A stretch of 6,260 bases of DNA from a bacterium. GTDB taxonomy: Bacteria > Oederibacteriota > PGYV01 > Palsa-1178. Positions 1 to 6,260 of the stretch are shown here, one piece after another. The DNA lies in assembly GCA_037138355.1 (NCBI GenBank), contig JBAXIL010000052.1, forward strand, positions 1 through 6,260, given 5' to 3'. A program made the translations under genes and the position numbers. The stretch's first letter is position 1. Every line of letters starts with the position of its first letter. The notes under the pieces are model-generated. The model ran no database searches and had not been told where the DNA came from. It saw only the letters and a list, made by a program, of their open reading frames with translations.

Positions 1-3000
1 AACAGCATGTGCCTTTGGAAACATATATTTTATTTTCTTACAAGAAGTTATATACCACTCAGGAACCTTGTGTCTTCTCATAACATCTTCCCACTCTTTT
101 ATAAGTCCATTTCCTTTGCGAACACTTTCAGTAATTGCAAATGCTGTTACTTTTGAAATTTCCTTCGCTATCAAAAAGTTCATAATATCATCCCTGACAG
201 AAATAACTTCTTTTAATGTTGCGACCTTATTTTTTATTAATTCTTCTGCATTTCCATGCCATACATTTGTTCCATGCGACAGACCAGATATATATATCAA
301 ATCGCTGAAGGTTTTTGGTTTAGTGACAGCCAGCATTCCCCTGGTATTTTTTGTTCCATATTCTGGAATCCCTAAAGAACCTATTGCTGGATTATAATTT
401 TTGGGATCAACTCCCAAAACAGTCACTCCAGAAAATATTTTTAATGCCTCTTTATCATCTAAAGGTATGTCATCTACACTAATATGTAAACCTTCACATA
501 TATTTTTTATACTTGTCGGCATATCGTGTCCCAGTGCATCTATTTTAACAAGCGCATCATGTATGTAATCATATTCAAAATGAGTTGTTATTGTCTTAAA
601 ATCATTTGGTGGATTTTGTATCGGAGTAAAGTCATATATATCCATATCCTTTGGAACTAACATAAGCCCACCTGCATGTTGACTGGTAGAACGCTTAACC
701 CCAGCGCAACCCTTTGCAAGTCTTATTTTATTGGCTTCTCTTAATCGTTTTTTTGTTTTTTCCTCATATTTACTTAAAAAATCTTTCTTTATGGCATTAT
801 CCATAACTGTCAGAATCGTGCCAGCCCTATATACCTTTTCTACTCCAAATAAATCTACTAAATATTTATGTATAGTTTCCTGATATTCTCCTGCAAAATT
901 CAAATCTATATCTGGAACTTTATCTCCTTTGAAACCCATAAATGTTTCAAAAGGTATATTATAACCATCTTTTTTCAATTTATTTCCACATACAGGACAG
1001 TCTTTATCTTTCATATCTATACCTACAATATCCAAATCAAAGAACTCACTAAACTGGCAACCACCGCATATATAATGCGATTCTAATGGATTAACCTCTG
1101 AAATGCCACAAAGATAGGCAACAAGGGAGGAACCTACCGAACCTCTGGAACCTACTATATATCCATCTTGATTTGATTTCTCAACCATTTTTTTAGCAAT
1201 TAAATATAAAACCGAGTAATTATTTCCAATTATGGCTTTGAGCTCTCTATCAACTCTTTCCCTGACTATGTCCGGAAGATTTATTCCGTATATCTCTGCC
1301 GCCTTATCCCAACTTGTTTTTCTTATTTCTTCATCCGAGTTTTCAAGCGAAGGCGTGTGCAGAGTTTCAGGCACAGGCCGTATATTTGCTTCTATCATAT
1401 CTGAAATCAAGCGAGTATTAGTTACCACTACCTCTAAGGCCTTCTCTTTTCCCAAATAGGCGAATTCTTCAAGCATAGCCTCCGTGGTTTTAAAACTCAA
1501 ATCCGCAGTGGTTGTTTCTCCAATCTCATCATAGCCCTGAGCAGACATGAGAACATCTCTATATATTCTATCTGCAGGTTTCAGAAAATGTATATCCCCT
1601 GTGGCAACAACAGGAATATTATTCTCTTCTCCTATTGCACATATCTTTCTATTTATTTCATGCAAATCCTCAATAGTGCTGGCTTTGCCAATTCTTATCA
1701 AAAATTTATTGTTTTCATCTGGTTGTATTTCAAGATAATCATAAAATTGTGCAATGCTTTTTATCTCTTCATTACTCTTTTTCTCAAGCAAGGCCTGATA
1801 AAGTTCTCCCATAAAACAGGCGCTTCCAAGAACAAGTCCAGTTCTATGCTCTTTAAGTATTTCGCGTGGAATTCTTGGTTTTTTATAAAAATAATTAAGG
1901 TGTGACATAGATACAATTTTGTAAAGATTTCTCAAACCAATTTTGTTTTTAACTAAAATTATAATATGCATAGGTTTTTGTGTATCTTTTTCTTCTTCTT
2001 TATCTTCTCTGTTCATTTTAATATTTCTCTCTACCAAATACCCTTCCATTCCCATTATTAATTTAATTGCTTGCGGGCGTTTCTTATCATTAATAAAGTT
2101 ATAAGCATGAGGATACGCATGTACTACTCCATGATCAGTTATAGCCAAAGCTGTATGTCCCCACTTTACAGCTTGTTTTATATACTCTTCTACATTCGTT
2201 AAAGCATCCATTGCGCTCATTTGCGTATGCGCATGAAGCTCCACGCGCTTTACCTCTGCATTGTCAGTCACTTCAGGAGGACTTGTCACCTGAATTTTAT
2301 TTACCCTTCCTGTTATTTCTGCTTCTCCAGGAAAGTAATCAGCAGTCAAAGAGAGCTTGCCGTAAGTTAAGTTTTTTATTTCATCAAACAAACCATCTGA
2401 TTTTTCAATAAAACAACTCATTTTCATTGTTTCATTTTCATCTGTCACATAAAACAATACTATGGCAGAATCTACGCCATCTCGGCCTTTCATATCTTTA
2501 TAATAATCTTTTTCATTTATAATAAATATCCTTCCTTCCACTATATACTTTCCTGGATTAACTATATTTCCAATAGGTGTGACTTCTCCCTTTATTTCTT
2601 CATCTTTGAGCACCTTACTTTGAGTATTTCTTGATATTGTTATTTCTACACTTTTCACCACAGGAATTGGGAGTTTTTCATTTTCCACATTATCATTTTT
2701 TTCTATTAGCACTTCAGCATGTAAACCAGTAAACTCATTTATTTTCTTTCTTATTAGCATAATAGTTTTAACCCCAGACAACCTTGATATGGCTAAATCA
2801 TTACTGCATTGAAGAACAAGTCCGGTTTCTCCTATCTCAGGCACGGCATACTCTAACCATGTTCTTTCAGCATCAAACTTATCAAGAAATGCTTTCCACA
2901 TAGTTTTCACAGCTTGAGCTGCTGTTATTTCAACAGCAAAAGCCGGACTATATTTAACTTTTCTGCCGCCTGTCAAACCTGATATATAACCTGTAAATAA

Positions 3001-3192
3001 CTCCAGTGCTTGCGGTTCAAATAATCTATTAATAAACATGGTTATAGTGACAGAGTTATCAGTGTCATTTAATTCCATTGATTTAAATATGACAGAATCA
3101 GTAAGGCTGTCAGCCTTACCGTCAGAGAATGATTGCTTAATAAGTGCTTTCGTCTGCAGGTCGTCTATTACCATTTGTAAATTCAGGCCCAT
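1..3192 (-). CDS. polC: DNA polymerase III alpha subunit, PolC-type, lacking the inserted 3'-5' exonuclease domain; 3' end lies outside the window
   Basis: Manual translation from ATG 3192 (MGLNLQMVIDDLQ...) is open for 1064 codons to position 1. It shows PolC domain order and motifs: N-terminal domain, OB-fold before PHP, KRVELHAHTQMSAMDA, AITDHG, GMEGY, HIIILVKNKIGLRNLYKIVS, GSAC, YDYLEIQP, VATGDIH, GYIVGSRGSVGSS, EVNPL, Zn finger CGGC...CPVC, IPFETFMGFKGDKVPDIDLNF, KIDALGHD, SGLSHGTNVW, RDDIM, SCKKIKYMFPKAHA. Alternative in-frame starts are GTG 3198, TTG 3216 and ATG 3174. Confidence 0.97.
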   Translation of the reverse strand, partial: MGLNLQMVIDDLQTKALIKQSFSDGKADSLTDSVIFKSMELNDTDNSVTITMFINRLFEPQALELFTGYISGLTGGRKVKYSPAFAVEITAAQAVKTMWKAFLDKFDAERTWLEYAVPEIGETGLVLQCSNDLAISRLSGVKTIMLIRKKINEFTGLHAEVLIEKNDNVENEKLPIPVVKSVEITISRNTQSKVLKDEEIKGEVTPIGNIVNPGKYIVEGRIFIINEKDYYKDMKGRDGVDSAIVLFYVTDENETMKMSCFIEKSDGLFDEIKNLTYGKLSLTADYFPGEAEITGRVNKIQVTSPPEVTDNAEVKRVELHAHTQMSAMDALTNVEEYIKQAVKWGHTALAITDHGVVHAYPHAYNFINDKKRPQAIKLIMGMEGYLVERNIKMNREDKEEEKDTQKPMHIIILVKNKIGLRNLYKIVSMSHLNYFYKKPRIPREILKEHRTGLVLGSACFMGELYQALLEKKSNEEIKSIAQFYDYLEIQPDENNKFLIRIGKASTIEDLHEINRKICAIGEENNIPVVATGDIHFLKPADRIYRDVLMSAQGYDEIGETTTADLSFKTTEAMLEEFAYLGKEKALEVVVTNTRLISDMIEANIRPVPETLHTPSLENSDEEIRKTSWDKAAEIYGINLPDIVRERVDRELKAIIGNNYSVLYLIAKKMVEKSNQDGYIVGSRGSVGSSLVAYLCGISEVNPLESHYICGGCQFSEFFDLDIVGIDMKDKDCPVCGNKLKKDGYNIPFETFMGFKGDKVPDIDLNFAGEYQETIHKYLVDLFGVEKVYRAGTILTVMDNAIKKDFLSKYEEKTKKRLREANKIRLAKGCAGVKRSTSQHAGGLMLVPKDMDIYDFTPIQNPPNDFKTITTHFEYDYIHDALVKIDALGHDMPTSIKNICEGLHISVDDIPLDDKEALKIFSGVTVLGVDPKNYNPAIGSLGIPEYGTKNTRGMLAVTKPKTFSDLIYISGLSHGTNVWHGNAEELIKNKVATLKEVISVRDDIMNFLIAKEISKVTAFAITESVRKGNGLIKEWEDVMRRHKVPEWYITSCKKIKYMFPKAHAV
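538..912 (-). other. Polymerase catalytic aspartate triad region (D761, D763, D885)
   Basis: PDIDLNF at 915-895 and the Asp of KIDALGHD at 540-538 match the C-family polymerase catalytic motifs. Confidence 0.9.
988..1068 (-). other. PolC-specific C4 zinc finger in the palm region
   Basis: HYICGGCQF...KDCPVCG (C709, C712, C732, C735). This is characteristic of PolC and absent from DnaE. Confidence 0.9.
1381..2250 (-). other. PHP domain of PolC, contiguous with no exonuclease insertion; boundaries approximate
   Basis: Metal-ligand positions numbered from ATG 3192: H320, H322, D329, H354, E383, H409, C459, D533, H535. E383 and H409 are only 26 residues apart. Confidence 0.9.
2287..2580 (-). 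other. Probable OB-fold (ssDNA-binding) domain of PolC, divergent; boundaries approximate
   Basis: It lies immediately N-terminal to the PHP domain. Remnant motifs YIVEGRIF and FYVTDENETMKMSCF resemble the PolC OB consensus (vEGyvF...iTDytdSi.vk.F). Confidence 0.65.
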
Positions 3193-3197
3193 TATCA

Positions 3198-3203
3198 CAC
3201 CTT
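3198..3203 (-). promoter_or_regulatory. Ribosome-binding site for polC
   Basis: AAGGTG on the minus strand, 5 nt upstream of ATG 3192. Confidence 0.6.
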
Positions 3204-3247
3204 TATCTTGAGGCAAATGCCATTTATTTAATTTTATTTTTCACAAA

Positions 3248-3275
3248 ATTATACTCTTTAATTTGTTTTTAGCAA
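3248..3275 (-). promoter_or_regulatory. Putative sigma70/sigmaA promoter for polC
   Basis: Minus strand TTGCTA (3275-3270), 16-nt spacer, perfect TATAAT (3253-3248). It lies about 55 nt upstream of the start codon, with A-rich sequence further upstream. Confidence 0.65.
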
Positions 3276-3408
3276 GTTGATTTAAAGCTATATAAACATA
3301 TCTGTTTGGATTGTTTTTTCTTCTTTTGCTATTTTTTTCTTCTGTATTATTTAATAATAAATCGAACAAAAGAATTACTTGTCTAATACAGCTAAAAGCC
3401 AATATATA

Positions 3409-4269
3409 TTAAAATATTTTTTTAATAGCTTTTTTAAGTTTGTCTTTGAGCCCTTTTTGCATACTTGCATATTTAAGAATAGCCAATATATATTCAAACT
3501 TGTCGCCAGTGTCACAACGCACCCCTTCAAACTCATGTGCCAACAGGCCTTCCTTTTGCATCATAGTCCGTAAGGCATCTGTCAATTGTATTTCGCCTTT
3601 TGCTCCTGGTTTCGTCTCTCTTATATAATCAAATATCTTAGGGGAAAGCACATATCTACCTACTATTCCGAGATTAGAAAAAGCTTTTTCCACCTTTGGT
3701 TTTTCTGCCATGTCAAGTACCTGATAAATACGAGGTCGGAGTTTTTTTGGTTTTATTATTCCATAAGAACTAATTTTTTCTTTTGCAACTTTTTCTACTG
3801 CCACTACTCCACAACTTGCTTCTGTATAGATTTCAATCATTCTTTTCATGGCTGGTACTTTAGAGAAAATAAGGTCATCTGGTAAAAAAACAGCAAAAGG
3901 TTCATTACCTATAAAATCAGCCGCATGTAAAATAGCATGCCCTAAACCCATAGCTTCCTTCTGTCGTACTGAAAATATATTTACATTTTCAGGTATCCTT
4001 TTTAATTCTTCTAAGCTTGCAAAGTTTTTATTTTTATTGAGAAAATATTCCAGGTAGAAGTTTCTATCAAAATAGTCCTCAATAGAATACTTTTCTTTTG
4101 ATGTTATAAACAATATACTTTCTATTCCGGAATCTATGGCCTCTTGAACTATGAAATGAATTGCTGGAAGATCAATAATAGGTAGCATTTCCTTCGGAAT
4201 CGCCTTTGTGTATGGTAAAAACCTCGTGCCCAATCCAGCAACAGGTATTACGGCTTTTCTAACCTTCAT
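3409..4269 (-). CDS. galU: UTP--glucose-1-phosphate uridylyltransferase (UDP-glucose pyrophosphorylase), 286 aa
   Basis: Motifs KAVIPVAGLGTRFLPYTKAIPKEMLP, RQKEAMGLGHA, LPDD, EKP, GRYVL, GEIQLTDA. Start reassigned from 4308 to ATG 4269 (MKVRKAVIP) because of an AAGGAG RBS 7 nt upstream and the typical GalU N-terminus. Confidence 0.95.
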   Translation of the reverse strand: MKVRKAVIPVAGLGTRFLPYTKAIPKEMLPIIDLPAIHFIVQEAIDSGIESILFITSKEKYSIEDYFDRNFYLEYFLNKNKNFASLEELKRIPENVNIFSVRQKEAMGLGHAILHAADFIGNEPFAVFLPDDLIFSKVPAMKRMIEIYTEASCGVVAVEKVAKEKISSYGIIKPKKLRPRIYQVLDMAEKPKVEKAFSNLGIVGRYVLSPKIFDYIRETKPGAKGEIQLTDALRTMMQKEGLLAHEFEGVRCDTGDKFEYILAILKYASMQKGLKDKLKKAIKKIF

Positions 4270-6013
4270 TTTCAGTCTCCTTTTTCCCCGACGCCAGTTT
4301 TTTGTCAAGGGTTGTCATTACATGTTCTGATATCCTTGAAGCTTTTTCTTGTTTTAATGCAAATTCAGCTTCATCAATTGCTTCCTTAAACGATATATTG
4401 CGGACCAACTTTTTAGCAGAAAGTATTGACGAAGGTCCTACGGAGAGCTCATCAATACCAAGACCAATAAGTATAAAAGCTAAATGTGGTGCGCCTGCCA
4501 TTTCACCACAAACAGAAACTTTAATACCTGCCTTGTGAGCACTATCAGCAATCATTTTAATAAGTCTTAAAACAGCTGGATTTAAAGGATCGTAAAGATA
4601 CGAAACGGCTTCGTTTCCTCTATCGGCCGCTACTGTATATTGTATTAAATCATTGGTGCCAATCGAAAAGAAATCAACTTTTTTGGCAATCTCATCAGCC
4701 ATAATTGCAGCTGCTGGAACTTCAATCATTGCGCCTAAACTTATCTTCTCATCAAACTTAACTTCTTTTGTTTTTAGTTCTGCTTTAACTTCATTCACCA
4801 CTTTAACTGCCAAATCTATTTCTTCAGGATTTGTAATCATTGGGAACATCATTCTGACTTTTCCAAAAGCAGAGGCTCGTAATATAGCCCGAATTTGCGG
4901 CTTAAATATATTTATATTTGCCATAGAAAGTCTTATAGCCCGAAGTCCGAGATAGGGGTTTTGCTCTTGGACAATTTTAAAGTAAGGAAGAAACTTATCT
5001 CCACCTATGTCTAAAGTCCTTATGGTTACAGGTTTCGGATTCATTTTTTGTGCTATGCTTTTATATGCTTCAAATTGTTCTTCTTCTGATGGGAGGTTAG
5101 ATTTATTGATAAAAATAAACTCTGTTCTAAAAAGCCCAACCCCTTCTGCATTATTTTCAATTACAGCTGATATTTCTTCAGGGAACTCAATATTCGCCGT
5201 TAATCCAATCTTATGTTTGTCAGTAGTTATTGCCTCAAGTTTTTTAAAGCGATTAAGCAGTCTTAGCTTAGCTGTAAATTTTCTTTTTTCTTCTTTGTAA
5301 AAGTCAATTACTTTTTGAGTTGGCTTTACAACCACGATGCCTTGTTCCCCATCAATGATTACAAAATCTCCGGTTTTCGCAGTAGTCGTTATGTCCCTGA
5401 CTCCTACGACAGCAGGTATCTCCATAGAACGAGCCACAATAGCAGTATGAGATGTAGCACCGCCAAGTTCTGTTACGAACCCAAGAACATTATTCTTGTC
5501 CATATCAGCGGTATCTGCTGGAGATAAATCAGCTGCAATTATAATATATTTCTCAAATGATATTTTTGCTTCTTTAGTACCTGAGGATTCCAAATTACGA
5601 ATTATTTTATCTGCCAAAGAGCGTATATCACGGCTACGCTCTTTTAGATATGTATCAGAAATACGATTTGTAAACTCAGCATAGTTTTGAAGAACCATAT
5701 GCAAAGCATATTCACTTTTAATTAACTGTGTCCTTATAAGTTCTTCGGCTTTTCCCGTAAACATAGGGTCGCCCAATAATAGTAAATAAGCACTAAATAT
5801 TTCAGCTTCTGTCTTGCCCACTTCGTGCTCAATTTTTTCCTTTATTGCTGCCATTTCTGTCCTGGTTTTATCTACCGCAATTTTTAAGCGTAGTATTTCT
5901 TCTTCAATTTTTGCAGAAGGAATTGTTTCCTTACTAATTGTAAATGTCTTATTTGATATGACATGCGCCAACCCCATTACTATTCCGGGCGATGCTGCTA
6001 TACCTTTATACAT
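4259..6013 (-). CDS. ptsI: Phosphoenolpyruvate-protein phosphotransferase (PTS Enzyme I), 584 aa, no N-terminal GAF domain
   Basis: Motifs KGIAASPG, phospho-His motif GGATSHTAI, GVGLFRTE, RTLDIGGDK, NPYLGLRAIR, MIEVP, DFFSIGTNDLIQY and catalytic Cys in CGEMAG. Start reassigned from TTG 6031 to ATG 6013 (GGGGAGG RBS 9 nt upstream, 1 nt after the ptsH stop). Confidence 0.97.
   Translation of the reverse strand: MYKGIAASPGIVMGLAHVISNKTFTISKETIPSAKIEEEILRLKIAVDKTRTEMAAIKEKIEHEVGKTEAEIFSAYLLLLGDPMFTGKAEELIRTQLIKSEYALHMVLQNYAEFTNRISDTYLKERSRDIRSLADKIIRNLESSGTKEAKISFEKYIIIAADLSPADTADMDKNNVLGFVTELGGATSHTAIVARSMEIPAVVGVRDITTTAKTGDFVIIDGEQGIVVVKPTQKVIDFYKEEKRKFTAKLRLLNRFKKLEAITTDKHKIGLTANIEFPEEISAVIENNAEGVGLFRTEFIFINKSNLPSEEEQFEAYKSIAQKMNPKPVTIRTLDIGGDKFLPYFKIVQEQNPYLGLRAIRLSMANINIFKPQIRAILRASAFGKVRMMFPMITNPEEIDLAVKVVNEVKAELKTKEVKFDEKISLGAMIEVPAAAIMADEIAKKVDFFSIGTNDLIQYTVAADRGNEAVSYLYDPLNPAVLRLIKMIADSAHKAGIKVSVCGEMAGAPHLAFILIGLGIDELSVGPSSILSAKKLVRNISFKEAIDEAEFALKQEKASRISEHVMTTLDKKLASGKKETENEG
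4277..4282 (-). promoter_or_regulatory. Ribosome-binding site for galU (inside the ptsI 3' end)
   Basis: AAGGAG followed by 7 nt and ATG 4269. Confidence 0.8.
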
Positions 6014-6014
6014 T

Positions 6015-6260
6015 TTATTCCGCCTCCCCAAATTTGTCTGATATTATTTTAGCAAGTCTTGCAAGTGCTTCTTTGGCATCAGGGCCATCAGCTTTTATTT
6101 CAATTTCAACACCTTTTCCTGCTCCTAAGGTAGTTAAACCCATAATACTTTTTCCATCAGCTTCAATATTTCCATTTTTTACTTTAATATCTGCCTTAAA
6201 CTTTGATGCTTCTTTTACAAATACAGCAACGGCTCTCAAATGAAAACCAGCATTATTTAC
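6015..6260 (-). CDS. ptsH: Phosphocarrier protein HPr (5' end outside the window, about 8 codons missing)
   Basis: The frame stays open to the window edge: VNNAGFHLRAVAVFVKEASKF...DGKSIMGLTTLGAGKG...ADGPDAKEAL...KFGEAE*. The His15 equivalent is at 6242-6240 and the Ser46 equivalent (KSIMG) is exactly 31 residues later. The gene is directly upstream of ptsI. Confidence 0.95.
   Translation of the reverse strand, partial: VNNAGFHLRAVAVFVKEASKFKADIKVKNGNIEADGKSIMGLTTLGAGKGVEIEIKADGPDAKEALARLAKIISDKFGEAE
6023..6029 (-). promoter_or_regulatory. Ribosome-binding site for ptsI (inside the ptsH 3' end)
   Basis: GGGGAGG 9 nt upstream of ATG 6013. Confidence 0.8.

Noticed and set aside
399..419. Inverted repeat TTTTGGGA-TCAAC-TCCCAAAA (terminator-like)
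   Set aside because: It lies within the polC coding sequence and has a weak stem. It is consistent with chance.
68..2411. Plus-strand ORFs 68-397, 868-1086, 1232-1459, 1547-1738, 1588-1905 and 2211-2411
   Set aside because: All lie antisense to the continuous polC frame and have S/F/I-rich shadow-ORF composition with no recognisable motifs.
1..3192. polC as a pseudogene, or as containing an intein or frameshift
   Set aside because: The frame is open throughout, catalytic and metal-binding residues are intact, and there is no extra inserted segment. Its absence from the ORF track is a window-edge effect.
3203..3223. Six-codon upstream ORF MAFASR* ending at the polC RBS
   Set aside because: It has no RBS of its own and such short ORFs are expected by chance.
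3314..3359. Direct repeat TTTTTTCTTCT x2 (3314-3324, 3333-3343) and AT-only dyad TATTATT-T-AATAATA (3345-3359)
   Set aside because: Low-complexity AT-rich sequence that does not match Fur or PerR boxes. There are too few copies for iterons or CRISPR.
3362..3376. Possible Gram-positive LexA (GAAC-N4-GTTC) box upstream of polC
   Set aside because: Only one half-site matches (CGAAC-AAAA-GAAT). The nearby AAACA-TATC-TGTTT dyad at 3294-3307 has the wrong spacing.
3193..3408. Intrinsic terminator or structured ncRNA between galU and polC
   Set aside because: No GC-rich stem followed by a U-tract, and no recognisable riboswitch or tRNA fold.
4270..4308. ORF-track N-terminal extension of GalU (MTKNWRRGKRRLK)
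   Set aside because: It lies within ptsI. The strong RBS and the family N-terminus point to ATG 4269.
6014..6031. ORF-track TTG start of ptsI at 6031
   Set aside because: It overlaps ptsH and contains the RBS itself. ATG 6013 fits better.
3379..6243. Plus-strand ORFs overlapping galU, ptsI and ptsH
   Set aside because: They are antisense shadows of well-supported conserved genes.

Overview
AT-rich bacterial chromosomal window containing four co-oriented minus-strand housekeeping genes, read right to left: ptsH (HPr, 5'-truncated by the window edge), ptsI (PTS Enzyme I), galU (UTP-glucose-1-phosphate uridylyltransferase), a 216-bp intergenic region with a good sigma70/sigmaA-type promoter, and polC (PolC-type DNA polymerase III alpha, 3192 to <1). 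polC is missing from the ORF track because it runs off the window without a stop; I translated it by hand (1064 uninterrupted codons). The main observation is that this PolC lacks the roughly 200-aa DEDDh 3'-5' proofreading exonuclease normally inserted in the PolC PHP domain. A 20-aa charged linker sits in its place. All nine PHP metal-ligand positions and all three catalytic aspartates are intact, suggesting an active replicase that proofreads via its PHP domain or via a trans-acting exonuclease. No mobile elements, RNA genes or CRISPR arrays were seen. The plus-strand ORFs are antisense shadows.
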